From assembly GCA_044345405.1 (NCBI GenBank), contig JBIJBE010000007.1:1-64000 (forward strand): 64,000 nucleotides of DNA, written 5' to 3'. Source of the stretch: Bdellovibrionota bacterium (GTDB lineage: Bacteria > Bdellovibrionota_C > UBA2361 > OMII01). How positions within the stretch are numbered: the first letter of the stretch is position 1; the number at the start of each line of letters is the position of its first letter. The notes below the pieces were generated by a model, which searched no databases, was not told the DNA's origin, and saw nothing but the letters and a program-made list of their open reading frames with translations. Of the stretch, positions 18,464 through 27,697 are shown one piece after another. A program made the translations under genes and the position numbers.

Positions 18464-19483
18464 ATGAACATCTCCATCCGGCATCTCCCCCCGGAAACAA
18501 AGATACAGGCAGACACCCCGTCAAACGACTTGGCTGAGGCAACCGCGCCTTCGGCCCATGAGATCCTCAAGCGCCTGAGAGCACTCCCTTCACGAGAACT
18601 CGTTGATGAGTTGCTGGACGAGGGATCGATAACCCTCGATGATCTCCTCGCTCGACACGGTAACCAGCGCACGACGCGCGGCGTCGAATCGATGCGGGAG
18701 AATTACGCGACCTCCATCGCCACGGCGGATAAGACTTTTCGAGATTTCTCATGGAAGTTCCTCGCCCAAGCCAAAGCCTTGAGTGGGGCTGGCATCATCC
18801 CAATTCCATCTGATGAGATTGAATCCCGATTTAAATGCCTTTCATTTGAGTTGATCGATCCCATCAAAAGCCAATCGGCGTCCCCTGAGTTTGAAACGCA
18901 CGAGATGAACATACGCATCCCGATCCCACTGATTACCGGCGAGTTTAACTACGCCGACTTTGTGCATGAGGCTATCCACGGTATAGCGGGCCGACATGTG
19001 ATGGAATTCTCATGCACTGAGGGCGCCAAAGCGGAGAGCGTCGAAAGAACCGTGGCACGAACAGGTCTACACTTTGACATTCCACTTCCGGACGGCTGGT
19101 CGAGACATTTCGAATGGCTTGATGAAGGAATCGTTGAGCACCTCACCGAACATTTCGTGCCGAGATTGAAAGTTCATCGAGAGGCTCGACGTTTCGAGGT
19201 CGACATCGTCAAGGCATTAACGAATCCGAAGGGGTTCTACAAGATCCCCCTCCAAGCGCTAACCACCGCGTACTTCGCCAACTTCGATCCCACCGCTGAC
19301 CCGGGTCTTCGGTATCCTCAATGGAGTGACCTTAACGACACCTTTCCGATCGCCCACCTGAACAAGATAGACACGCTCGTCGCTCGTTTTGATGAGGAGA
19401 GGGTCGCTCGACTCGTCGCGAGTCGAAATATCTGCAAGGCGAGCTTGGTGGAGTTGGAGCGGGTGGTGGAGGGGATGCGGTAG
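18464..19483 (+). CDS. Hypothetical zincin-like metalloprotein (HExxH plus downstream E)
   Basis: VHEAIHG followed by WLDEGIVE; promoter TTGATT-N17-TATTTT 6 nt upstream of ATG 18464. Confidence 0.6.
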   Translation: MNISIRHLPPETKIQADTPSNDLAEATAPSAHEILKRLRALPSRELVDELLDEGSITLDDLLARHGNQRTTRGVESMRENYATSIATADKTFRDFSWKFLAQAKALSGAGIIPIPSDEIESRFKCLSFELIDPIKSQSASPEFETHEMNIRIPIPLITGEFNYADFVHEAIHGIAGRHVMEFSCTEGAKAESVERTVARTGLHFDIPLPDGWSRHFEWLDEGIVEHLTEHFVPRLKVHREARRFEVDIVKALTNPKGFYKIPLQALTTAYFANFDPTADPGLRYPQWSDLNDTFPIAHLNKIDTLVARFDEERVARLVASRNICKASLVELERVVEGMR

Positions 19484-19519
19484 GCGAACTTGGTCTTCCG
19501 TCCCGAAAAAGCAAGTACC

Positions 19520-19819
19520 CCGGCGGGCCCGTCTCCTGACGGGCCGGAACCTGTTATGAAAGAACGGTTGCGGGGTTCCGGCCTGTGAGCCCCCTTTCGC
19601 CAAGGCTTCAGGGGACAAGGACACAGGCCCTCCGGATCGCAGGTTCCTCGTGAAGGTCATTTGCGATACGCAATATTTCGGCGACCAGGAATGGTCGCCC
19701 TCCCGTTGTGCGACCCGTGACATGGGAGGGCGCGCATTCCTGCGCGCCGCGTTACGGTATGCGACCAACGTCGGGGAAATCCGCACACCGGAGGGCCCGT
19801 CAGGAGACGGGCCCTCCGG
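19520..19819. repeat. Cluster of five REP-like hairpins (GGAG-type head, 8-bp stem, 4-nt loop) in mixed orientation
   Basis: Units at 19520-19545, 19580-19635 (with a 30-nt loop insert), 19680-19704, 19724-19748 and 19788-19819 (perfect 14-bp arms), between convergent genes. Confidence 0.8.
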
Positions 19820-19877
19820 GTTAACGTCACATCCGGTCCATCATGAGCGACGACAGGACAACGAGGCCGACCTCCTT

Positions 19878-20423
19878 CTACACCTCCGGCCCCTCCGACG
19901 CCCCCGGGCGGAGATCGTGCAACGACCTCGTAAGATCGTTGTCATACTCTCCCGCAAGGGTCACGGCGATGCGACCGGAGCGAACGAACTCGGTGATGCC
20001 ATGTGGCTCAAGGTGCGAGAGGAGCGATGAGATCTCCCCTTCAGTTCCGGTAAACTGGACGAGCGTTCCACGAGCACCGCGCTCGACAACCTTGCAATCG
20101 GCGAATCGCTCACGCAACTCAACCTCCTCTCCTTCCTCAAGGTGCGCACGCACAAGCGCGACCTCACGGTGCACGATATCGGGCTCCGCGAAAACAAATA
20201 CCCGCCGCACCTCGATCATCCGCTCGATCTGACGTCCGATCGTCGCGGCGATAACTGGGTCGGTTGATACCGTTACCGTAAAACGGGAGATCCCCTCCTG
20301 CTCGGTGGCGGAGACGGTGAGGCTCTCTACATTGATCTTACGTCGAGTGAACAAGGTCGTCAGTCGAAGAAGAACACCGGGGCTGTTGTCGGTCCATACA
20401 AGAAACGTTACTGGCTGCTTCAT
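19878..20423 (-). CDS. ilvN: Acetolactate synthase small (regulatory) subunit
   Basis: ACT domain NSPGVLLRLTTLFTRRKINVESL, REVALV and EFVRSG; directly downstream of ilvB. Confidence 0.93.
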   Translation of the reverse strand: MKQPVTFLVWTDNSPGVLLRLTTLFTRRKINVESLTVSATEQEGISRFTVTVSTDPVIAATIGRQIERMIEVRRVFVFAEPDIVHREVALVRAHLEEGEEVELRERFADCKVVERGARGTLVQFTGTEGEISSLLSHLEPHGITEFVRSGRIAVTLAGEYDNDLTRSLHDLRPGASEGPEV

Positions 20424-20437
20424 ACAAAATATCTCCA

Positions 20438-22171
20438 CTACTCTAAACGGATATCCGAGATCGAGGCGCCGGCGGGAATCATCGGAAAGACGTTCTCCTC
20501 CTTCTCGCATACAACCTCAACGAGGTAGGGGCCTGGTGTTTCCCACATCTCGGTTAACACGGCTTGCACATCACAACATCGCGACACTTGCTTACTCGGA
20601 ATTCGATACGCCTCAGCCAACTTAAGAAAGTCAGGATTCTCCATCTCAACCGATGAGTAGCGCTTATCGAAGAAGAGCTGCTGCCACTGACGCACCATGC
20701 CCAGGAAGTTATTGTTGAGGATCACGATCTTCACCGGCAACTTCCACTGCGCGATGGTACCAAGCTCCTGAAGCGTCATCTGGAATCCGCCGTCGCCGAT
20801 AACAGCGAGCACCCGTTCGTTCGGAACTCCGACAGCGGCTCCCATCGCGGCAGGAAGGGCGTATCCCATGGTGCCTAATCCACCCGAGGTGAGAAGCGTG
20901 TTCGGATTCTTGAACGGATAGTAGCGAGCAGCCGCCATTTGGTGCTGTCCTACATCGGTAACAACGATCGCTTCTCCCTTAGTGATACAACCGAGGTCTC
21001 CGATTACCTTGCTCATCGTAGGAAGTCCCTCACGAGGAGCGAGGTCACGGGAGATAACCTTCTCATGTTCACGTTGGTGACACGCGGTGAATTGATCGAA
21101 CCACTCCTTGGCCTGATCGCGCTTCACGAGAGGGATGAGCGCGCGCAATGCCTGCTTCGCGTCACACACGATCCCCACCGCGATCTGGACATTCTTGTTC
21201 AGTTCAGCTGGATCGATATCGATGTGGATGATTTTCGCGTCACGAGCGTACTCTGAGAGCTTCCCCGTTACACGGTCATCGAAACGCATGCCCACCGCGA
21301 TGATAACGTCCGCTTTATTCGTAAGAACGTTTGGTCCGTAATTGCCGTGCATGCCGAGCATTCCGACGTAGAGAGGATGCTCGGTCGGAAGGGTGGTCAA
21401 CCCCAACAACGTTGACGCTACCGGTATCCCAGCCTTCTCGGCGAATACCCGAACTTCCTCATGAGCGTCTGAAATAAGACAGCCGTGCCCAACGAACATG
21501 AGAGGCCGTTTGGCCTCATTCACTAATCGGGCGGCCTCACGAAGACCGGAGAGCTCCACGATATGCTCGCATTCAAACGATCGGCTCTTCGGCGCTTTTG
21601 AGAGGTCCACGGTTACCTTCTCAAACTGGGCGTTCTTCGTGATATCAATCAGAACGGGGCCGGGGCGTCCCGAACGCGCTACCGCAAACGCCTTTGGAAC
21701 AACGGTTAGGAGCTCCTCTGCGCTCGTTACCTGGTAGTTCCACTTCGTGATCGGGATGGTGATGCCGATAATATCCGTCTCTTGAAACGCGTCGGTTCCA
21801 AGGAAGGAGCTCGCCACCTGTCCCGTAATGCATACCATCGGAACTGAATCGAGCATCGCGTCCGCGATACCGGTGACGAGGTTCGTCGCTCCAGGTCCCG
21901 ATGTCGCCATACACACACCAACGCGGCCACTCGCTCTCGCGTACCCCTCAGCGGCGTGCGCGGCGCCTTGCTCATGGCGAACGAGGATGTGCTGAATATC
22001 ATCTCGATAATCGTAGAGCGCGTCGTACACCGGCATGATCGCGCCGCCCGGATACCCAAAGATCGTGTCGACCTTCTCGCGCTTCAAAAGCTCAAGCAAA
22101 AGTCGGGATCCAGAATACTCCTGAGTGTCAGGAGCGCTTATTTCGTGGGGGAGAATGTGAGCCGTACTCAT
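20438..22171 (-). CDS. ilvB: Acetolactate synthase large subunit
   Basis: FGYPGGAI, VRHEQGA, TSGPGATN, RFDDRVTG, GDGGFQM…NN TPP motif, GMVRQWQ. Confidence 0.97.
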   Translation of the reverse strand: MSTAHILPHEISAPDTQEYSGSRLLLELLKREKVDTIFGYPGGAIMPVYDALYDYRDDIQHILVRHEQGAAHAAEGYARASGRVGVCMATSGPGATNLVTGIADAMLDSVPMVCITGQVASSFLGTDAFQETDIIGITIPITKWNYQVTSAEELLTVVPKAFAVARSGRPGPVLIDITKNAQFEKVTVDLSKAPKSRSFECEHIVELSGLREAARLVNEAKRPLMFVGHGCLISDAHEEVRVFAEKAGIPVASTLLGLTTLPTEHPLYVGMLGMHGNYGPNVLTNKADVIIAVGMRFDDRVTGKLSEYARDAKIIHIDIDPAELNKNVQIAVGIVCDAKQALRALIPLVKRDQAKEWFDQFTACHQREHEKVISRDLAPREGLPTMSKVIGDLGCITKGEAIVVTDVGQHQMAAARYYPFKNPNTLLTSGGLGTMGYALPAAMGAAVGVPNERVLAVIGDGGFQMTLQELGTIAQWKLPVKIVILNNNFLGMVRQWQQLFFDKRYSSVEMENPDFLKLAEAYRIPSKQVSRCCDVQAVLTEMWETPGPYLVEVVCEKEENVFPMIPAGASISDIRLE

Positions 22172-22193
22172 CGGAAACCCTTTTTACAAACAT

Positions 22194-22234
22194 AAAAAAA
22201 GCCCCCGCACCTTTTTAGGGGTGCGGGGGCTTTT
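22194..22234 (-). terminator. ilvB attenuator terminator
   Basis: mRNA reads GCCCCCGCACC-loop-GGTGCGGGGGC-U7 just upstream of ilvB. Confidence 0.9.
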
Positions 22235-22254
22235 ATCGCCTCTACCTATACTTT

Positions 22255-22380
22255 TTACAGCATAGGACCGCACCCTGCTCTTACGAGCACCACCACCACG
22301 AGCACAATAACGACGACAGAGCGCTCAAGGCCCCTGTGTGCTAGTTTTCGAAATGAATCGGCAGTGCGTGAATGCGACAT
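22255..22380 (-). CDS. ilv operon leader (attenuator) peptide, 41 aa: MSHSRTADSFRKLAHRGLERSVVVIVLVVVVLVRAGCGPML
   Basis: Translated by hand. It has 12 consecutive Val/Ile/Leu codons, and its GGGTGCGG is complementary to CCGCACCC in the terminator 5' arm (antiterminator). Confidence 0.88.
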   Translation of the reverse strand: MSHSRTADSFRKLAHRGLERSVVVIVLVVVVLVRAGCGPML

Positions 22381-22388
22381 AGGCCAAG

Positions 22389-22417
22389 AAAGTAGTGGGA
22401 GAATGAGGAACAGTCAA
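22389..22417 (-). promoter_or_regulatory. Sigma70 promoter of the ilv leader (TTGACT-N17-TACTTT)
   Basis: The -10 ends 8 nt before the leader ATG; no SD is present. Confidence 0.6.
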
Positions 22418-22609
22418 GGCCGCTTCAGCGTTGTTCACACTTTCACTCCATGCACACCCCGTGAGTACGGTCGTTCCCGAGCCCAAGGGCTCGCGCGTTC
22501 CAGCAATAAATACAGCAGATTACCCAACCCTAAGCACCGAAAGCCCCCCTTCCCTCATCTTTCCCTATAGTTAGACACGAGAAGCTTGTAGGAAGCGCTT
22601 CTTACCAGG

Positions 22610-22618
22610 TGGTATACT
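22610..22618 (+). promoter_or_regulatory. Extended -10 element (TGgTATACT) upstream of phhA
   Basis: Consensus-like motif about 42 nt before the ATG, with SD GAGG in between. Confidence 0.4.
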
Positions 22619-22660
22619 CAGCGAGAACCCTACGGGTTTGGTTTTAAGAGAGGTACGCGT

Positions 22661-23545
22661 ATGGAAGAGGTCAAAGGCCACGCAATCCTAGACGCACAAT
22701 CGGTTGACGAGTGCGTCATCGACCAAGACTGGGGTGCGTACTCAGCGCAGGACCACAAAACCTGGGAGACCCTCTTCAATCGTCAGATCGCGACACTCAA
22801 AGGACGGGTGTGTGATGAGTACTTCACCGGACTCAAAACCCTCAACCTCGTCGCGGAGACCGTTCCCGATTTTGAGAAGATGAACCAAAACCTCCGCGCC
22901 GCCACCGGATGGGAGGTGGTCGCCGTTCCGGGACTGATCGCCTCACGCCCCTTCTTCTCAATGCTCGCCAACAAACAATTTCCCGCCGGCACGTTCATTC
23001 GAACTCCTGAACAGCTCGACTATCTTGAGGAACCCGACATCTTTCATGACGTGTTCGGGCACGTTCCCCTCCTGTCGAATCCATCCTACGCCGCCTATAT
23101 GCAGGAATACGGACGAGCGGGACTCGCCGCAATGGATCACAAAGGGGTGAAATTCCTCGCTCGGCTGAATTGGTACACGATCGAGTTCGGATTGATAAAG
23201 GATAACGGTACCATTAAGGCCTACGGCGCCGGGATCATGTCGTCATATGGCGAGGCGAAGTACGTGATGAGCGATCCATCACCAAACTTTCTCCAGTTCG
23301 AGTTGGAGCGGGTACTTCGCACCGGCTACTACATCGATGACTTTCAAGCTTCCTACTTTACCATCGATAGCTTCGATGCTTTATTTAAAGAGTGCATCGA
23401 GCGTCCCTTCATTCCGCTCTATGAGTCGTGTCGGAATAAACCAACGCTGAGTCCGTTTGAGATAACTGATTCAGATAAGGTTCTCAGAAAGGGAACTGGG
23501 GAATACTGGAAGGAATTCCCAAAGACAAAACCGAAACTCAAGTAG
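22661..23545 (+). CDS. phhA: Phenylalanine 4-monooxygenase
   Basis: LDYLEEPDIFHDVFGHVPLL, WYTIEFGL, YGAGIMSS. Confidence 0.96.
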   Translation: MEEVKGHAILDAQSVDECVIDQDWGAYSAQDHKTWETLFNRQIATLKGRVCDEYFTGLKTLNLVAETVPDFEKMNQNLRAATGWEVVAVPGLIASRPFFSMLANKQFPAGTFIRTPEQLDYLEEPDIFHDVFGHVPLLSNPSYAAYMQEYGRAGLAAMDHKGVKFLARLNWYTIEFGLIKDNGTIKAYGAGIMSSYGEAKYVMSDPSPNFLQFELERVLRTGYYIDDFQASYFTIDSFDALFKECIERPFIPLYESCRNKPTLSPFEITDSDKVLRKGTGEYWKEFPKTKPKLK

Positions 23546-23556
23546 CGTGAACAACT

Positions 23557-23904
23557 ATGTCGAACCTCACCTCAAAGCGTTGCGCGCAATGCCAGCCGGG
23601 CACGCCCCCACTCTCTGAAGATCACCGAACTGAGCTCGGGCGAGAGGTTCCTGAATGGAAGGTCCTAGAGGGAACAAAGCTTCAACGCGAGTATAAGTTT
23701 AAAACATACATGGATGGTGTCGCGTGGGTTCAAAGCGCGGGAGCTATCTCGGATAGCGAGGACCATCATCCGGATATTCATATCTTCTATCGCCGGGTCG
23801 TGCTGGACCTATGGACGCATACCGTGAACGGCCTGAGTGAGAACGACTATATCCTCGCTGCCAAGTTGGATCAGAGCTACAACTCGTTTCCTGGAAAACG
23901 CTAG
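23557..23904 (+). CDS. phhB: Pterin-4-alpha-carbinolamine dehydratase
   Basis: EDHHPDI, WTH…GLSENDYILAAK; follows phhA. Confidence 0.95.
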   Translation: MSNLTSKRCAQCQPGTPPLSEDHRTELGREVPEWKVLEGTKLQREYKFKTYMDGVAWVQSAGAISDSEDHHPDIHIFYRRVVLDLWTHTVNGLSENDYILAAKLDQSYNSFPGKR

Positions 23905-24178
23905 GGCTAGTTCGACCTCCGAATGGCCCCCCCTACTTTTCAAAAGAAAGTACCGTAGTTGATATAGAGATAGAGCCGAAACTATTTCAGACTCACATGG
24001 CGGCGGTGAGACGCTCCATGCTCTCGAAAAAGTAGGGTGTACCAAACATTGCCGGCGCCAAGTGCCCGCTTTTAGTGGAATCACACCCAGAAGCCTTGCG
24101 CGCCTAGGCGAGCGTGTCCACAATTCCGTAGAGAGAGCAGCAAGGCAGGATAGACTATTCTCAAAGGTGGAGTAACCA

Positions 24179-25219
24179 GTGGACCCAATCAGTCACGGAG
24201 TAGTGGGAGCGGTATGTGCATCACTCCCTACCTCACAGCGTCGAGAGGAGCTACGCACAGCAGTTATTGTTGGTGGAGTGGCAGCCCTTCTTCCTGACCT
24301 GGATGTGCTTATTCGTTCCAGCCAAGATCCGCTCCTCAAGCTTGAGTACCACCGACACTTCACTCACGCACTCGCCTTTGTTCCGATCGGCGCGGCCATC
24401 GCCTGGCTGCTCACTCTCCCGCTGCTCCGCCTTGTGCGAGCTGCTCCGGTATCGCACAGCCGCTTGTACCTCTACGCTCTTCTTGGCTACGGCACGCACG
24501 GTTTTCTGGATGCCGCTACGAGCTACGGAACTCAGCTTTTGTGGCCCTTCTCGGCTGAGCGCATCGCGTGGAGCATCATCGGTATCGTAGATCCCCTCTT
24601 TACCGTGACCATCGCTGTCCTACTTATTATAGCGATAGCGAAACGCAGTGCTCTACTCTGTAGAGCAGCATTAGTGTTTGGTCTCTGTTATCTCTCCCTA
24701 GGTTTTATCCAAAGACAACGAGCGGAGCAGCACGCAACAAAGGTCGCTCTTGAAAGCGGTGTTCGCCTGTCATCTCGCCAATGCGAAGCGAAGCCTTCAC
24801 CGCTCACACTCACGTTGTGGCGCGCTATCTGTGAAACAGAAGACGATCGTTTTATTACAAGTGCCTGGTACCTTGGACCCTTCGGAGGAGTGCGGCAGTA
24901 TCCAGGAGTATCAACTCCGAAATTTTCTCTTGAACGCGATGCCCCGTGGCTACAAGCAGGAACCCGTCAGCACCGCGATCTTGAGCGTTTTGAGTGGTTC
25001 TCCTCAGGATTCATCACACTTCACCCGGAACATGACAACGTGGTGGGAGACTTGCGCTACAGCATGCTTCCTGATCGTATTAGCCCACTCTGGGGCATCG
25101 TCCTTGATCCGCACGACCTACGACAGGAGCGTCCGACACCATTCCAATCGTTTCGCTCGATTAAGGATCGAGATTTTGCCACCTTCCTCGCGATGGCGCG
25201 CGGGACGGCTCTACCTTAA
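24179..25219 (+). CDS. Membrane-bound metal-dependent hydrolase (YdjM-like)
   Basis: MDPISH, PDLD, HRHFTH, THGFLD…TSYGT…WPF, DPLFT. Confidence 0.85.
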   Translation: MDPISHGVVGAVCASLPTSQRREELRTAVIVGGVAALLPDLDVLIRSSQDPLLKLEYHRHFTHALAFVPIGAAIAWLLTLPLLRLVRAAPVSHSRLYLYALLGYGTHGFLDAATSYGTQLLWPFSAERIAWSIIGIVDPLFTVTIAVLLIIAIAKRSALLCRAALVFGLCYLSLGFIQRQRAEQHATKVALESGVRLSSRQCEAKPSPLTLTLWRAICETEDDRFITSAWYLGPFGGVRQYPGVSTPKFSLERDAPWLQAGTRQHRDLERFEWFSSGFITLHPEHDNVVGDLRYSMLPDRISPLWGIVLDPHDLRQERPTPFQSFRSIKDRDFATFLAMARGTALP

Positions 25220-25340
25220 CGCCATTAGCTTACGCTCCGCTATCCGAGCTGAGGAGCAGCGCTATTAGGAATAAGGGGTTCAACAATGTAGGGCCAGACG
25301 CCCGCGCATACCTCTGGTCAAGGAGCCTGGCACCTGGCGA

Positions 25341-26069
25341 TTAACGAGAGCCTCGATATCGCCCACGCCGGCGCCAATCTCGTTTCGCGGCGCCCCGTCC
25401 CGTTCCCTGAGGACGGTTCTTCTTTAATCGACCGATCAATTCACTGAGCGGTTTATCAAGCGCTGGCTGTATGTCGTCTCGACGCTCGAGCGCTTGCAGC
25501 ACCTCCCCTACCGTTTCCACAGTTGAGAGACATCCGTGACGTGGCTCCTTACGGATCTGATCGTATAAGGATCGCCGAGATGAGCGAATCACGAGACGCG
25601 GCAATTTGAGGAGCCACGCGTTTCTCCACCACAAGGTCTTCGCCTGACTCCAGGTCCCATCAAGGATCACGATCCCCTCAAGCTCTTTGAGAACCTTATC
25701 TTGGTCCTCACGAGGAGCGCCCTTTTTATCAACGACGAAGAGCGATCGGTCCTTTGGAAGATCCTCAACTCGAACACTTCCAAGATAGAGCACTCCCCAG
25801 CGACGATTCTCTACCTCCTCACGCCCAAGAGCTTTCTTGAAATTTGGCCATGAGAGACCAGTGCGGATAACAGTGCCGGGGAAGGATGCCTTGAGTATCG
25901 GAGCGGTTCCGATATCGACCCCCGGCTCCTGTGGGTGCTGCAAAATAAGGAGCTTCGTGCGGGCCTTGATAGGAGAGGTGAACTCGCACACGCAGTACGG
26001 GAATACGCGGCCACACGTTTCGCAGGGCTTCTGCTCTTCGACTTGTGTCTCTGTTTCGTTCGTATCCAT
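25341..26069 (-). CDS. DTW-domain tRNA-uridine aminocarboxypropyltransferase
   Basis: CxxC…CxC zinc motif, LQHPQE, LDGTWSQAK, LSTVE. Confidence 0.88.
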   Translation of the reverse strand: MDTNETETQVEEQKPCETCGRVFPYCVCEFTSPIKARTKLLILQHPQEPGVDIGTAPILKASFPGTVIRTGLSWPNFKKALGREEVENRRWGVLYLGSVRVEDLPKDRSLFVVDKKGAPREDQDKVLKELEGIVILDGTWSQAKTLWWRNAWLLKLPRLVIRSSRRSLYDQIRKEPRHGCLSTVETVGEVLQALERRDDIQPALDKPLSELIGRLKKNRPQGTGRGAAKRDWRRRGRYRGSR

Positions 26070-26108
26070 TGAGATCCCGTACTTCAGATCCGCTGATGAG
26101 ATACCGCC

Positions 26109-26981
26109 CTAATCGGCCTTGTTCGGCACGCCCCAATTCAGCTTGGTGCGAAGGATATCAAAATAGCTCTTATCAGGCGAGATAACGAACCGAACGGTCT
26201 GCTTTGCCTGTGTTATCCGAACAAAATCACCGGACTGGAGCTGTTGCGAAACCTGCCCGTCGATGGTCACCCAGGCATCCCCCTTGTACTGCGGGAGCTT
26301 AATACCCACGGTGCTCGAGCCTGGAAGAATGAGGGGACGATTCGTGAGTGAGTGCGGACAGATCGGCGTTACGAGAAACACACTCAGGGAAGGATGCGCG
26401 ATCGAACCTCCCGCGGCGAGGGAGTACGCGGTCGAGCCGGTAGGTGTCGCGATGATGATACCGTCCGCTCGAATACGCGCGACATCGTGCTCATTCACCG
26501 AAAGGTCAAGCTCAGGAAGTGGCGAACGAGCGCCCTTCTGCACCACCGCGTCGTTGACCGCTTGAGATTCGAATATAACATTCCCCTCTCGCACGACCTG
26601 AACATAGAGGAGCACTCGCTCCGCTGAGGTAACCTCGTTATTGAGCGCGTTCTCCAAAACACTGAAGAGTTCTGAGGGCCGAACCTCTGTCAGGAATCCG
26701 AGATTTCCGAAATTCACCCCAACAAAGAGTGGAGACTTACCCTTCACGTATCTGGCCGCGCCGATGAGAGTTCCATCACCACCGAGGGTAACGATCGGAT
26801 CCGCGCGCTCAACGATCTCACGATGCGAGAGTCCTGGAGTTGAAAGGTTCAATGATGTTGAGGTTTGCGTGTCGAGATCGATCCCGAGTTGGCGCGCCGC
26901 GCACCAGGCGATTAACTCCTTGGCGAGCCCCATCGCCTTCTCACTACCAGCCCTTGTGACTAAACCTATACGACGTGCCAT
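26109..26981 (-). CDS. nadK: NAD+ kinase
   Basis: LGGDGT, GNLGFL, ADGIIIATPTGSTAYSLAAGG, PICPHSL. Confidence 0.96.
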   Translation of the reverse strand: MARRIGLVTRAGSEKAMGLAKELIAWCAARQLGIDLDTQTSTSLNLSTPGLSHREIVERADPIVTLGGDGTLIGAARYVKGKSPLFVGVNFGNLGFLTEVRPSELFSVLENALNNEVTSAERVLLYVQVVREGNVIFESQAVNDAVVQKGARSPLPELDLSVNEHDVARIRADGIIIATPTGSTAYSLAAGGSIAHPSLSVFLVTPICPHSLTNRPLILPGSSTVGIKLPQYKGDAWVTIDGQVSQQLQSGDFVRITQAKQTVRFVISPDKSYFDILRTKLNWGVPNKAD

Positions 26982-26984
26982 CTC

Positions 26985-27530
26985 TTATTTACCTTTCATC
27001 TGAGCTTTAGCTTGCTGTTGATCACCATCAGCCAGCAAGACGCGCAACCGCTCATCTCCGACCTCTCGGGAACGATACTCCCGCCCCGCCGTAGCCGCCA
27101 CAACCCTTCCTGGACCCGATACTACTGTATCATATCCATTTGACCACGCCTGTCCCTGTTCTTCAGGAAGGAGTGAGGACACCGTCACGGGCTCATATCC
27201 TGTAAGGGAAAGTGCCGTATTACCGAGCAGATAGAGGATATACGGGGGAAACACGATCACCGCTCCCAAATTCACGGCGGCGTCCCCTAATCCGGGTCCA
27301 TACGCGAAATTACTCCCGACCTCTCCCAGAACCGCTTTCGCTTGCTCGTTGGTCATCGGCTTCCCCACCGCCGACATCTCGTCGACCTGGGACTTGGGCT
27401 TCTCTTGGATGACGCCGCAGCCCATGACCAAAGAGGACACAACGGTTATGACAAGCGAATTGCGCACGACCCTCCCCCGAGAGTACGAAGCTTTAGATAA
27501 ATATCGAGATGTCGGGAGGCGTACGGTCAT
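26985..27530 (-). CDS. Hypothetical lipoprotein
   Basis: Lipobox-like VMG-C; stop lies 3 bp before nadK; start uncertain. Confidence 0.6.
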   Translation of the reverse strand: MTVRLPTSRYLSKASYSRGRVVRNSLVITVVSSLVMGCGVIQEKPKSQVDEMSAVGKPMTNEQAKAVLGEVGSNFAYGPGLGDAAVNLGAVIVFPPYILYLLGNTALSLTGYEPVTVSSLLPEEQGQAWSNGYDTVVSGPGRVVAATAGREYRSREVGDERLRVLLADGDQQQAKAQMKGK

Positions 27531-27697
27531 AGAAACGATATTCCGATAGGAACAGCTGTATGTTGCCCCACTTGGAGCGGCGCAAAAAGAGAGGAAAAGC
27601 TTACTCGCTCTTTTTTAGACAAACAGGCTAAGAAGCACTGCTTACAAGACTATTGCGACCGATTACCCCGACCAGGCACCGTCCAAACCCTCAGAAC

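Noticed and set aside
19259-20232. ORFs spanning the REP cluster (19259-19786, 19650-20030, 19843-20232)
   Set aside because: They are translations of GC-rich palindromic repeats or antisense to ilvN.
23931-24037. 10-bp inverted repeat CCCTACTTTT/AAAAGTAGGG as MITE ends
   Set aside because: Short, single occurrence in the window and no clear target duplication.
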